This document shows positions 1-19,111 of a stretch of DNA of 64,000 nt, in pieces. The DNA is from the human T2T-CHM13v2.0 reference genome, Homo sapiens. Numbering within the stretch: the stretch's first letter is position 1; each line of letters opens with the position of its first letter. A model generated the notes under the pieces. It was not told the origin of the DNA. It searched no databases and saw only the letters and a program-made list of their open reading frames with translations. The stretch lies in the NCBI RefSeq assembly GCF_009914755.1, contig NC_060930.1. One strand, 5' to 3'. The translations under genes and the position numbers were made by a program.

Positions 1-1102
1 AGTATCTGAAATTCCAGGAGGACTCAGGGTAGTTGTCGGTATAAAACCCTGCCTCACAGATCGTTTGGCTTGGGGCTCTCTCTGCAGCTATTGCTTCCTT
101 TTTGTTTCTCAAATTTGTTTTTTTTTTTTTTTTTTTTTAGAGACAGGGTCTCACTATATTGCCCAGGCTGATCTCAAACTCCTGGGCTCAAGCTATCTTC
201 CTGCCTTGGCCTCCCAAAATCCTGGGATTACAGGTGTGAGCCACCACATCCAGCCTTGCTTTCATTTTTAAAGAGTCATTCTGTGTTATAGATCAATATC
301 TGAGAAGGAATATTGGTTGTAATAACATCAGTTGAACACCCTTTTCTTTTTCATTTTTTTTTTTTTAACTGTTGTTACTCCTTTACTTTAAATATCCTGA
401 CTTTTGGCTACCATTTACCGAGCATCCATTTGTGCCAGACGCTGAATGCACTGGCTTACGTCCTCACAACCTCACAGCAGGCCTGGAATTGTCATCTTCA
501 TTTTACAGAGTGAATGTAATTTGCCCAAAGTCACAACTCAAGATGGTAGAACTGTGAGTTGAAATGGGGATCTGTCCGATGGCAAAGAGTAACTGCCCCT
601 GGATTATTTTAGCATCTTTTTCTACGTCACTAGGAATTGTCTTAGAAATTCTAAGGAAAGCTAAATAAACATGACTTCAATTCTGGGGTCAAGACCAAAT
701 CTAAGGACTCTGAGGCGAGTTGTAGACATGATCAAAACCGTTAATAAGGATCATAGAACATAAACATCTCTATGCTCATTTTCTCTCATTTCTATTGGCA
801 ACATTTGTTCAGTGATAATACTAAGGATTATTATGAGTAGTCATCTTGGCCTCAGTCCACTTGTGCCTTTGTGGGGAAAACATACTAATGCTGTGATTTA
901 CTATGACAAACTCCTATAAAATTGAATAAGAGTATATCTCAGTTTATGTCAAAGAATATCAAGTAATCATAACCTTTTAATAAACATTGCCTCTTTTAAT
1001 AATAACAACTTTGGATTTAAATAGACAATATAGTTACTAAAGGTGTATGGTTCAAGTCATCTACCACTAATTGCTTGCTTGACTCCTTTAAAACTCAGAG
1101 GA

Positions 1103-2592
<1,490 letters not shown>

Positions 2593-2889
2593 TTTAGTCT
2601 GGGCATGGTGGCTCACCCTTATAATCCCAGCACTTTAGGAGGCCAAGGTGGGAGGATTGCTTGAGCCCAGGAGTTAAAGACCAGTCTGGGCAACATGGGA
2701 GGCCTTGTCTACAAAACATTTTAAAAATTAGCCAGCCAAGGTGACACCCACCTGTAGTCCCAGCTACTCAGGAGGCTGAGGCGAGAGGATCGCTTGAGCT
2801 TGGGAAGTCAAGGCTGCAGTGAACTGTGATTGTGCCACTGCACTCCAGCCTGGGCAACAGAGCAAGACCTTGTCTTAAAATTAAATTAA

Positions 2890-3138
<249 letters not shown>

Positions 3139-4111
3139 TGATCCACCCGCCTTGGCCTCCCAAAAGTGCTGGGATTGCAGGCATGAGCCACTGCACCTGG
3201 CCAGAAATTGTTTTTAAACCGAGAGAAGATGAAGGAGAAATGGAGATTTGAAGTCATAATGGCAGAAGCAGGACCCATCGCAGTTTAGGAATGGCCAAGT
3301 GAGAGCCTGGCACAGTATCGTAACTCCTAAGAGAGTTTGAGGAGTAAAACTGCCTGGTAAAAGGAGTCATTTTACCAGGACTCATCCTTTAAGTGCACAT
3401 GTTGAATGTCTATGTCCGGGGCATACCGAGAATCTTGATCATTCACACTTTCATAACAGCTGCATTTCTTATCATGTTTGGCATAGTTCTTCAGCTTGCA
3501 CAAAGCCTCTTATCTCGCCCACAGTCCCTCTCTAGACCATTGTCTCTTTCAGCTGCTTAGAGGCCACGTCCCTTAAATCTCCCAGCTGTCTTTCTTACCT
3601 CTCAGCCCTTGCTTCCTTTATCTGTATTTTAAAAAAAAAAATCTTTCCCAGCTGCCACTTTTGGCACAGTGGTGGTCTCTCAGTTCTCTCAGAATGAGAC
3701 ATTTCAGCAAGATGATGTGGGGAAGAAACATAACCATTATAACAATGCATTTTCAAAATTAGCCCTGAAGTTCTATCAAGAAAAAAATTTCATCCCAGCT
3801 TTCTTACAACCTGTGCATGAATCAACCTCGTGCATTTCTGAAAGGATGAGACATCCCGGAGGCTTGTGCACAGAAATGCAAGCAAGAACCACAGGGCACT
3901 TAATTGTCCAAAATAAGAGATTTTTCTCCTTAGAAATGCAGATTCTCTGTGGCTGCAGCCTTACTGAGTTTCTGTAACGCTCTCAGTTGGATACAATGCT
4001 AACCAGCATCCCCACTGTGCACAGATACGTAAATGCTAGAAGCTGCAGAAAAAATTCATTTTATTGGAAACTATTTGGCTTCACTTGGCTACTGCCAATA
4101 CCGCTGGTTGA

Positions 4112-4418
<307 letters not shown>

Positions 4419-4963
4419 TAGCCAGGATGGTCTCGATCTCCTGACCTTGTGATCCGCCTGCCTCAGCCTCCCAAAGTGCTAAGATTACAGGCGTGCGCCA
4501 CTGCCCCCGGCCTAGATTTTCTTAATGTGATGAGTTCTGAGTGATTAAGAGATATAGTATATCAGTATTTGAGGATTTTTATAACTATGCAATAAGTCTT
4601 GAGGATCTCTGCACAGCAGAGAGGGGGGATTTGGAATGGCACACTGCCAGGCACTGCTAAGAGTTTTTGGCTCGGCAATTGTCACTCCTTCATTCCCATT
4701 CAAGAAAATGCTCAAAAAAATACAAGTGTCTTGGGTAATATACTTGCTCCCTTTGGGGGTGACCAATCTTGCACTTTCCATATTAACCCAGGAAATTTGA
4801 ACAAATTTGTTGAAATATCTTTGTGTTGCCAGTACACCATTAAGACAAATTATTCTCCCAAAGAGTGATATCAACCAATGTTGAAGGTAAATCTCTTAAT
4901 TGTACAGAAATACATAGCCACCATGCTACAAAGTAAGTTCAAACTTTTTTTTTTTTTTTTTGA

Positions 4964-5164
<201 letters not shown>

Positions 5165-5530
5165 TGAACTCCTGACCTCACGTAATCCATCCGCCTTGGC
5201 CTCCCAAAGTGTTGGGATTACAGGTGTGAGCCACTGCGCCTGGCAGAAACTTTTTATATATTCAATGAAGTCCAGGTTCTTGGGGTAAAGGGAAAATCAG
5301 CAGCTAAGGTCTATCTAAGCTGTATTTACTCATTGGGAGCATCTTCTCAAGCAAAATCAATCAACATATCTGAACTTATTCTGAAGAAATCTGCATTGAT
5401 TATAGTCTACCTAAAGGAGCAGCTGAACTGATACACAGCATATGCATCTCCAAGCTGAAATGGGAAAATTCAAATCTTAGTATTGCTAATTAGATAACAG
5501 TTCAGATCCTGATAGAAATAGCTTGTATTA

Positions 5531-5929
<399 letters not shown>

Positions 5930-6268
5930 TCAGACCTTCATAGCCCTGGGGCAGACAAATGATACAGGGAGTACAGTCTACAGGTTAAAATTTTAAAATG
6001 AAAATTGCTATAATTTTTCGTTTCTAGAATCATGCTTTGTCTTTTTGTTGTAATAGTGTTCTCCCTTCCTGTTCTAATACAAAGATATCAATACTAAAAT
6101 CTAACCTTTACTGGGCACTGCTGGGCATTTCCTCTGTATAAAAAGCTCAGTACACATTGCTGGGATTTTGCTTCTGTGGAATAGCCAGTCTGCGACTCCT
6201 AACACGTCCTTGATGTTCTTAATTTTTACTAGGTCTTTGAATAACTGACTTTTTCAAATCTCTATTAG

Positions 6269-6535
<267 letters not shown>

Positions 6536-6984
6536 TAGGCAGGATGGTCTCGATCTCCTGACCTCGTGATCCGCCCGCCTCAGCCTCCCAAAGTACTGGG
6601 ATTACAGCCGTGAGCCACTGCACCCAGCTGAAGCTGGTTTCTTAAAATTAACATTTTCACTATTTTATAGATCACTTATCTTTCTTATAATCATCCCAGA
6701 GGAATTATTTGCAATGGTAATGGTAAAATTTTAATCATTTTCATGAACTCAGGTCGAGTGAGATGCACCCAGTATATGTTTATAGATTCTTCTTTTTTCA
6801 GACATAGAAGAGATGTTAGTTAACACTGATATGGATGCAAGCATAAAAACTGTAGAAAGGCTACAGGAACATGCAAGTGCATCAGAGAGTGAGGCAAGAT
6901 ATTCGCTAAAGGCGGCAAAATAAAAATAGCATGCAACATGGTATAAAGAATCATAAATTTAAGCAAAGAGAAGCATTGAACTAT

Positions 6985-8420
<1,436 letters not shown>

Positions 8421-8595
8421 TAAAACAAAGTTTTAAGATCATCATTAACAGTTTTCCCCCCCAATATAAATTCATTTATCTTTAATGCTTTTTTTCATCC
8501 CAATGTCTAATTTATAAAATATAAATTATCTTCCTCTTTCTTTGGCTGTTGCTTATTTGTGAATAATAGGAATTGGTGTGTTAAGTTATGAGTGA

Positions 8596-8973
<378 letters not shown>

Positions 8974-9757
8974 TAGCTTTAATAATAAAACAGAAATGCA
9001 AATGTGAGTAGGATATGTTAAATAGTTATGATATGTGACTCATCACCCAACTTTTTAGGAGACTGATGCTTTTTCTAAACCTAATAATCAACTTGCCAGA
9101 TACTAGGATGGGAGTCCAAATTCCTAGAGTTGTGATATACACCAGAGGAAAAATAGCCAGATCTAAGGAGCACAGAGGAAATCCTAACAATACAAGGTAG
9201 GAGCCCAGGCTCAGAGGAAGCCAGCAGGCTGTATGATGAGAAGAGCATGGGACTGGGAAGCTAGAGGCTCCAAGTTCAATTCATGCTCCACCAGTATTCA
9301 TCATTATGTGCTGGGGCAAGTCTATTTCTTCGTCTTAAGTTTCTTCCAAGAGTTTGGGCTAGGTAACCTCAGGAGTCCCTTCCTTCAGTTATAATAACGC
9401 TACAATTTTAGTTCAAGTCCCTCCTACTACACTCCTATCAGAGGAGCTTTTAAAGTATATATGAAAAGAAGACAGGAAAAATAATTAAACAAGCATTTCT
9501 TTGGTAACCTACTTTATCTTACAATAGACCTGGTGCTTTGTGCATTTCAGTGCATTTTTGCATGTAATAAAATGCCTAAATGAAGAAAGACATGAGAAAG
9601 AGCTTGAAGAGAAGGTATTTTAATGCAGCCAGGTTACAATCAGGATTTGGGGTCCAGCGAGAGCTTCCCGGCCAACCTGAGGGACATCCAGCAATGATGT
9701 CTATCTAGAACAATGACAATAATTGCCAGTGTCCCTCCCCTCCCTTTTCAAGCTCAC

Positions 9758-10240
9758 CTGATACCTCTGCTATTCACTCAGCCTGAGAAAAGGCACTCTG
9801 CCTTTGAGCAGCAGCTTGAACGACAGCCACCCTCACATTGCCTTGGGCGAGCACGCACGTGGGCTGCTATACGGAGACATCTGTGCCCGCTGAAGTGAGG
9901 CTGAAGAGCTGTGTTGTCTAGGGTGACAGGAGGCCTTGCCTAACAGTGAGCTCCATCAATAATCTATGGCCCTGTGGAGAAAGAACCCTATTAATAAGAC
10001 ATGTTGCTGTTTGGAGAAGACAGAGCCAATGAGGCCCTCGTTCCAGGGAAACAGAATATGCTCAGCATGACGCAGCACTCCCTGAACTTTCCGGTTACAT
10101 CACCCAGTAGCTGAGATCAGAAGCAATTTTAGAAGATACATTCAACATACTAATGCCCTTTCAGCCAGCCTAGTTCAGTAAGGTCAAAGTCTGGTCAAAA
10201 ACACACTTTGACCTGAGGTTTGCTTGTTTGTTTGTCTTTA
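9758..10240 (-). promoter_or_regulatory. Candidate Pol II promoter and non-coding first exon of an unidentified minus-strand transcript
   Basis: Non-repetitive and locally CpG-richer. Splice donor CAG|GTGAGC (GT at 9757-9756), TATA-like TATTAATA 9989-9996, CCAAT 10026-10030, TTC-N4-GAA 10041-10050, ARE ATGACGCAGCA 10067-10077, CARE TGATGTAAC 10094-10102 (minus), DR1-like AGGTCAAAGTCT 10181-10192. Confidence 0.55.
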
Positions 10241-10539
10241 AGACTGATCAAGAGCACTGAGTTATTTTCGCACACTGGGCTTGTTATCAGGTCACTGTTT
10301 AAGTATAGAAATGTTTATCTGGGTGGTTTTAGATCCAATATGGAAGACTGAAAATCCTCCGAATTCCCAAATATATTTTCCATTCCATTTAAAGCTCACA
10401 ATCTTCTAGGTCCGCCCAGTTCTTCTTTATGGCAACAGTTAATTATTAATCCTTCCTTACTTTTAGGTTGTAATTTAAGAGTGCATTAATAGATTGCTCA
10501 CTCGGTATTTTGCCAAAATCATGGCAGGACAAATTCGCT

Positions 10540-10745
10540 AGTGTATGATGGCTAGAAGCATGAACTTGGAGGCAGACTGACCTGGGACTGGGTCTAGGCT
10601 CTACCACTTGCCAGCTGTGTGATCTCAGGAGAGTTACACACCCTCTCTGAGTCTCCATTCCTTCTCTGTCATGGGGGAAATGTCTCATAAAGTATGATAA
10701 TGTAAAGCATAGAGCAAAGCAAGTAATAAGCATTCAATAAAGAGT
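10540..10745. repeat. MIR fragment
   Basis: ctaggctctaccacttgccagctgtgtgatctcaggagagttacacaccctctctgagtctc core. Other MIR/L2 relics are likely at ~13280-13800, ~42100-42230 and ~51590-51830. Confidence 0.65.
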
Positions 10746-10767
10746 AGGTTTTTGTTGTTGTTTTTGA

Positions 10768-10926
<159 letters not shown>

Positions 10927-11647
10927 TAGTAGAGACGGCGTTTCTCCATACTGGTCAGGCTGGTCTCAAACTCCCGACCTCAGGTGATCCACCCACCTCG
11001 GCTTCCCAAAGTGCTGGGATTATAGGCGTGAGCCACTGCACCTGGCCACATTGCTTATTAAGTATCTAAGAGAAGATGCCAAGCAGGCAGTTTCATCCAC
11101 CGGTGTAGAGTTTAGCAGAGATGTCAGGGTCTGAGACAAAACTGTGAGAACTGTTGTAATCATTAAAGCTATTCACCAATTTTTTTTTTTTAAGTTGGAA
11201 TCTTGCTCTTATTGTCCAGGCTAGAGTGCAGTCGCAAGATGTCAGCTCACTGCAACCTCCGCCTCCAGGTTCAAGCGATTCTCCTGCCTCAGCCTCTCGT
11301 GTAGCTGGGATTACAGGTGTGTGCCACCATGCCCAGCTAATTTTTGTATTTTTAGTAGAGACAGGGTTTCGCCATGTTGGTCAAAGTGGTCTCGAACTCC
11401 TGACCTCAGGTGATCCACCCACCTCAGCCTCCCAAAGTGCTGCAATTACAGGCATAAGCCACCGCACCTGGCCCACCAATATTTTTAGTTCACTCCTTCC
11501 ATTATGGTAGGACCCTCTTGTCTACCCCCTTAAAGTTAGGCACAGCCATGTGACTTGCCATAGCCAATGAAATGAAGGTGGAAGGGGCTGTCTCACTTCA
11601 GGCAGAATCCTTAAGCTTTAAGAGTATGGGCTGGTCACGGTGGCTTA

Positions 11648-11998
<351 letters not shown>

Positions 11999-12536
11999 TC
12001 ACAAAGTCAAGAGTTTAACACCAGCCTGGCCAAGATGGTGAAACCCTTTCTCTACTAAAAATGCAAAAAATTAGCCAGTTGTGGGAGCGGGCGCCTGTAA
12101 TCCCAGCTACTCAGGAGGCTGAGGCAGAAAATTGCTTGAACCAAGGAGGCCAAGGTTGCTAAGACTGCACCACGCACTCCAGCCTGGGCAACAGAACCAT
12201 ACTCTATCTCAAAAAAAAAAAAAAAAAAGAGTATGATTCACCATGTCCCTGAGCGACCATGATGAACAGATACCCCTGTTGATTCATGACGGACATTTTA
12301 CAGTGAAAGAGAAACATCTTTGTTGTTCTAAATGACTGAGATTTGAGGGTGGTGTGTAGAAAAATCTAGCCTATTGTGTATGAGCCCTAAAGATAGGACA
12401 GTATTTAAATGCTTCGAACTGGATGAGATCCCCTTCAGCATGAGTGTTAATGACAATGAGAAGGAACTGAGTCCTTAGCATTTCAGATGTCAACACTGAA
12501 AGGTAAGGAAGAAAGGGGAATTCCAGGGAAGGAGAT

Positions 12537-13270
12537 TGCTGTGGAACGAAATGTTTGTGTCCCTGCAAGTTCGTATGCTGACAACCTAATCCCCAATGTG
12601 ATGGAATTAGGAGGTGGGCCTTTGGGAGGTGATTAGATCACAAGGGTGGACCTCTTATGAATGGGATTAGTGCCCTTATAAAAACAGGCTCCAGAGGCAG
12701 GTACGGTGACTCATGTTTGTAATCCCAGCACTTTGGGAAGCTGAGGTAGAAGGATCACTTGAAGCCAGGAGTTCGAGACCAGCCTGGGCAACATAGGGAC
12801 ATTTGTCTCTACAAAAAATAAAATAATTAGCCAGGCGTGGTGGCATGCACCTGTAGTCCCAGCTACTTGGGAGGCTGAAGTAGGTGGATCACTTGAGCTC
12901 AGAAGATCCAAGCTGCAGAGAGCTATGATCACGCCACCACACTCTAGCTTGGCAGACAAAGTCTCTGTTTCAAAGAGAGAGACAGAGGCTCCAGAAAGCT
13001 GCCTCACGATAGAAGGCTCTGTCTATGAGGAACTGGACACCAAGTCTGCCAATGTCTTGATCTGGGACATCCCAGCCTCCTGTGAGAAATAAACTTCTGT
13101 TGCTTCTAAGCTACAAGGCAATTCTCATGCCTCAGCCACCCGAGTAGCTGGGATTACAGGCATGCGCTACCACACCAGGCTAATTTTTGTATTTTTAGTA
13201 GAAATGGGGCTTCACCATGTTGGCCATGCATTATGGCATTTTGTTACAGAAGCCCAAACAGACTAAGACA
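12537..13270 (+). mobile_element. MLT1A-type MaLR solo LTR interrupted by an AluJ-like element and a templated Alu fragment
   Basis: TGCTGTGG start, gggattagtgcccttataaaa, aataaacttctgttg, end GACTAAGACA. Confidence 0.8.
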
Positions 13271-14110
13271 GACACTGAGGAGTCGCTAAGGAAAAGTGAG
13301 AGGTCAAGTGAAGAAGTTGCCTCAAGAAGAAGGAAGTAGTCAACTGTGTCAAATGCTACGATAGGCTAAGAAAGATGAGAACGGGGAAATAAACACGGGA
13401 TTTGGCAATATGGTGTTAGTGTGACTTTGACAAGAAAGATTTTGTGAAGGTATGGGAGCAAAAGTCAGCTTATGTTGGGCTCATGAATGAATGAGATAAA
13501 GAGAAAGGAGATGGCAAGCACAGACAAGACAGACAAAGGGAAATTTTCCATTAAGGGAAGCAGGGGGTGGAAGGGATCAAAGGAGCGCAATTTACAATAG
13601 ATGATTGTAGTGTGTTTATAAAAGAAGAAGAATTAGCCAGTAGAGTGAGAATACTGATGATGCAGGAGTATAGACAACTGCAGGAGCAATGTCCTTGACA
13701 GGCAGAGGGGATGATCTAGGTTTCACCTGGAGAGGCTGGAATGTGGGCAGTCATCCAGGTAAGAAGAGAGAAGACAAACTGTAAGGGCACACATGTAGGT
13801 AGGTTGGTAGGTATGACTGGGAGGTACAAGTTCTCTTTGATTCATTCATTTATTTTTTCTTTGAAATGGAGTCTTGCTCTATTGCCCAGGCTGGAGTGCA
13901 GTGGCACACGGCTTACTGCAACCTCTGCCTCCCGCGTCCAAGCAATTCTCATGCCTCAGCCACCTGAGTAGCTGGGATTACAGGCATGCACTACCACGCC
14001 AGGCTAATTTTTGTGTTTTTAGTAGAAATGGGGTTTCACCATGTTGGCCACGCTGGTCTCGAACTCCTGACCTCAGGTGATCTGCCCACCTTTGCCTCCC
14101 AAAGTGCTAG

Positions 14111-14383
<273 letters not shown>

Positions 14384-15434
14384 TAGCCAGGATGGTCTCG
14401 ATCTCCTGACCTTGTGATCTGCCCGCCTCGGCCTCCCAAAGTGCTGAGATTACAGGCGTGAGCCCCCGTGCCAGGACTTTTTTTTTCTTTTTTTGGAGAC
14501 ATATTTTCACTCTTTCGCCCAGGCTGGCGTGCAGTGGAGCAATCTCAGCTCACTACGGCCTCCACCTCCCGGGTTGCAGCGATTCTCATGCCTCAGCCTC
14601 TGAAGTATAGGCATGTGTCACCATGGCGGCTAATTTTTGTATATATATATATTTTTTAAGTAGAGATGGGGTTTCACCATGTTGGCCAGGCTGGTCTTGA
14701 TCTCCTGACCTCGTGATCTGCCCGCCTTGGCCTCCCAAAGAGCTGGGATTACAGGCGTAAGCCACCACTCCCGGCCTTGTTTCAATTTTTAAATGAAATC
14801 AGTAGTCCTTAAGCGAGAGTGAGGATGGCAAAGGTAAGGAAGGTTCTGCAAGTTCTGCAAGGTTTTGCATGTTCTGGCTTCTCCCTGCCACCTCCCTGAG
14901 CTCATGTCCTACCACTCTCCCATTTATTTTCTCCACACTAGCTGTACTTTCTTCCTTGCACTTCCTTGATCATATCAAGCACACTTCTGCCTCGGGACCT
15001 TTTTGCACATGCAGTTCCCTCTGCCCAGGATAATCTTCCTTCAAATGTCCACATGGCACATTCCCTTACATCCTCTTGTTCTCATTCAAATGCCATCTTA
15101 TCAAAGAAACCTCCGAGACTGGCCCATCAAAAATACTGCCCCCTCCTCACCTCTGTCACTATCTCTTTTTCTACTGTATTCTATGTCATTATATTTATCA
15201 CCTATCTGAAAAGTATATTTACTTGCTTATTTATTTTCAACTGCACCCAGAATTTAAACTTCAAGAGTACCAGAAATACGTGTTTTGAAGAGGGAGAACG
15301 AGATCTAAAATAAAAGTCTTGGAGTATGGGAGCAAAAAGGGAAATGGAGCAGGAATACCAGGCAGCTCTTAAGGCCCTACCAAGGCCAGAGACTTAAAAT
15401 GCTGTATCATTTTTAAATGAGCCAATATTTAGAT

Positions 15435-15469
<35 letters not shown>

Positions 15470-17000
15470 TTTTTTAATTTTTTGTTTAGACAGAGTCTCA
15501 CTCTGTCGCCCAGGCTGCAGTGCAGTGGTGCAATCTCGGCTCACTGCAAGCTCTGCCTCCCGGGTTCATGCCATTCTCCTGCCTCAGCCTCCTGAGTAGC
15601 TGGGACTACAGGCGCCCACCACCACGCCCGGCTAATTTTTTGTATTTTTAGTAGAGACAGGGTTTCACCATGTTAGCCAGGATGGTCTCGATCTCCTGAC
15701 CCCAGAGTGCTGGGATTACAGGCGTGAGCCACCGCGCCTGGCCCTAGAATTATTTTTTTTTACCTGGAAGAAAGAAAATCAGCTTTATAAACAAACAGGA
15801 GAGGTTTTCTTAGGAAAAAAAAGCTATAAGATGCCTGATGAAATGCTTTAGGTTGTCACCCAAATGGAGTTGCAGAATATGTCCCGAAAGCCCCAAAGCC
15901 TGATATCTCAGCTAACTTCTTTGCTCCCAAGATACCTTTTCACACCCATCTCATTCACCTCCTATTAGACGCTGGTGTTTTCTTTTTAAGAAATTCAAAG
16001 AAGCAGTCTGGAACAAGGAAGAGACTTTTCTACTCTCACTGCGAAAAGCTAAACAACCTTAAAAATTTTTTTAAAGCTGCCATTACTTATAGCTTTTTGG
16101 GTCTGTCTACGTAAAGCTGAGGGTTTGCTTTATCTTTTTTAGAATGGGACACTCTTTGCTTATAATATGTCTTATTATATATAAGTTTAGTTCTATCATA
16201 GTTGTAACTAGCCTAAAAGGGTAACAAGACAGAAATTGTCTCACTTGCTGAGGGAGAAAATGTATTCTCTGGAACAAAGAGTCCCTGGTCTAGTTGGGGT
16301 GACAGTCATCTAAACAATTATAATATCTTCTGTTATAATAGCAGCTTGCAAAAAGTTCCAGAGGTGTAAGGTAATGTTCCCTTCTTCCCAGGACCTATCT
16401 TGAGTTTCCTTGCCCATGAAAGATATGCTTTTGGTGATCCTGGCCAACCCCCCTCTAATAGTTTATTAAATTAAGGCCTTGCATTTCTTTGTATGGAAGA
16501 TTCAGCCTAACATTACTGATCAGCCCTCAAAGGTATACAATGTGAACAGGTTCCCAAATCTCAGGGGCCTGTAACAGCTTGAATTTTGCTCATACTATAA
16601 GTCCAGCATGGCTGGCCGCCACTCTGCTTCATGTCATCTTCTTAGAGACTCAGGATAAGCCAGCACAAACTTCCTGGGATGGGGCTGGTCAGTGACAGGG
16701 GGAAAGCAATTCAGCAAAGCACAAACTGCCCTTCAACTCTTGCGTAGATGTGATCCACATCACTTCTCATATTCCACTGGCAAAAGCAATTCTCATGCCA
16801 AGCCTGACTTGAATGGACTGGGAAAGTAGACTCTTCTCCCAGGGAGGACAAACAAGCAGACATTGGTAAACAGTAATACAGCCTACCAAAGAAACTTCCC
16901 CTGCTCTCCCCAGAAAGTTCATCACTGCTTTTTTTACATTTCTATAACTTTTGCATGACTCTATGATAACAGAGGATATTATAATTGTTTACATCACTAT

Positions 17001-17406
17001 TGTAAGGGATAATTGGAAGGACAGTCGAGAAAGGAATGAGGTCAATAGACCCAAGTTCAGGCAAGCTGATTTATTGTCAGTCCTGCCAGGCTACCTTTGA
17101 CAAAAGCAGAGGAGGCAGCCCCACTTACAGGCTATAGCAGGGTTTTATAGGGTGTAGAACTGGGTCAGGGTGAAGAAAAAATTAAAAAAGTGTGGGGGGG
17201 TCCTATGTGCCAGGTGTCTGGCCGCTTCCTGGAGATGTTTTTCTTGCCAGTTCTGTTATGCAAGGTAGACGTCTTAACTGCGTCCTGAAACAGCTGGCCT
17301 CTGGTCAAACAGTTACAGGCGGATTTGGGATGGGGGTTTTACTTTTTGGCCTTTGGGGCTTAGGTCTATGGGAGGGGTAAACAGTTCATCTGGGTAGACC
17401 CTAACA
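17001..17406 (-). repeat. 3' LTR of the provirus
   Basis: Minus strand TGTTAGGG...TCCCTTACA. About 92% identical to 25092-25495 by manual alignment. Preceded by the purine-rich tract AAAAGGCTGGAA (PPT, ~17407-17418). Confidence 0.95.
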
Positions 17407-17459
17407 TTCCAGCCTTTTAATAGATGATAGAGAAGGGGCGTTGATTTCATCAGACTGCT

Positions 17460-19111
17460 TCAAGTTGAGAGGGGGCGGTGACTAGGGGAAAGGCTGGAAA
17501 GTAGGGGTTGGCTTTGGTTTTGAAATTGTTGATACTCCTGGAGTAACATCATGCCCTGTATGGTTCCGTGGGCAAAAGCTCAGATACAGTTCTGTAAAAA
17601 CTGGGTGAGGAGGCGTATTAAGCAAGGCCCGAAGATTAGGAGAAGAAAAAGGATTATATCCGGTACAAGGAGAGGGAGTAGCCAGGGGGCCCAGGTGCTG
17701 ACAGACCAAGAGGCCCAAGAGGGCCAGGTAGAGGGGCTGCTTTCCCTGATCTTTTGGGCTCGATCTTTGAGTTTTTTAGTGCATCTTGAACTAAGCCTAA
17801 CTGATTAAAATAAAAGCAGCATTCTTTGTCTAGGAAAATAGAGTCCTCCTTTGTCAGCAGTCAGTAGGTCGAGACCTCTGTGATTTTGTAAGGCGACTGC
17901 CACTAGAGAGTCTAGCTGAGCTTGTAAGGTGGATATGGAAGTTGCAAGGTCATCTATACCATCTGAAAGGCCTTTTGATAAGGTTTTATGGTAATAAGAG
18001 GAAGCTGTGACTCCTGCTACTCCTGTGCCCGTGGCTGCTGTGATGCCCAGGCCTATGAGTAATGGGATAAGCTGTATGGCCCGGTGCCTGTGGTGTGGGA
18101 TTTGAGTATTTAGGGTTTGGAGGGGCAGGTTTTCTCCTGGAGCTATGCCCATTTTAGGGCTGAGGAAGACCAGTGTACAGGGGCCTGTCCGGTTGGTGGG
18201 AAGACAGAGGTAGATGGAGGTGCCGCATAGAAAGAATGCACCTTGTCTAGGGAGGCAGAATTGGAAATGTATGGCAAAAAGGAAGTGTAAAATGTTGTTC
18301 TCTGAGCGCCAGGCGTGGAGGGAGGAGGCTAGAGCCGCTCCGGTTAGGGGTTGAAGGGGGTGTGTTGAGTTGAGCTGGCTAGCTCCTACTGTTGAGTTTT
18401 CTAAGTGTAGAATGAAACATTCTGTATCAATAAGTAGTCTGTTTGAAGGTGTGTTAGGCAGTGGGATTTCCATGCATTCGGAAGCGGGGACGGGGTCTAG
18501 ACAAGTGCTCCACCCTGCGATTTCTATGCAGGGCCTGTGTCAGTTATTGCAGAATCCTGATGTTTCTCCCGTGACTCAGGTCTGAGGGGGGTTGGAGATT
18601 TTGAGAGTTTGTGTGGGGTTTGTTACTGTTACTGTTTGGATGCCTGTCGGGGGAGTGAGTGTCAGGGTATAGTTGCATAAGCTAGAGGAGAGGGTGCCTA
18701 GGGGGACTCCTGAGGAAAGTTCACGCTTTATGCATAGGGATGCTTGTTGGCTTAGTTTTGAGTCTGAGGTAAGTGCTCCTAAGATAACCTTGTGTTGTGA
18801 AGTACGTACGCTAAGATTAAGTTTGTAAATTTTGAGTGCATTTACTCCTCCGAAACTTTGGTAGCGGGGGTGGAGGGTTATACTGGTGAGAACCCAGTCT
18901 TTGAGGGGAACTGGGAAGGCATCCTTTGATATGGTTTCTGAGGGGTGTACACAGAACCAGCAGGCCTTGGCCAGGGAGGGGTTAGTTTGAGTATCGTATG
19001 TGCCTGTTGAATGGTGCGCTGAAGGTGAAGCTGTAGTGAGGATGAGGAGGAGGAGGGAAGAAGAAGTAAATAGATAGACAGCAAGTGTAAAGGTAAAGAA
19101 TTCGGCTTCAT
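17460..19111 (-). pseudogene. env: env (HERV-H-like gamma-type envelope), disrupted
   Basis: Signal peptide MKPNSLPLHLLSIYLLLLP from 19111; frameshift near 18990; SU CWFC motif; in-frame TGA stops; furin-like HRHR/AIQLIPLLIGLG fusion peptide; ISD LQNHRGLDLLTADKGG; frameshifted CX6CC remnant (IFLDKECCFYFNQ); TM WLLPLLVPDIILFLLLIFGPC. Confidence 0.92.

Noticed and set aside
4545-4874. Overlapping 109-aa and 89-aa ORFs in unique sequence
   Set aside because: Non-ATG starts, no recognisable domain and no convincing splice sites.
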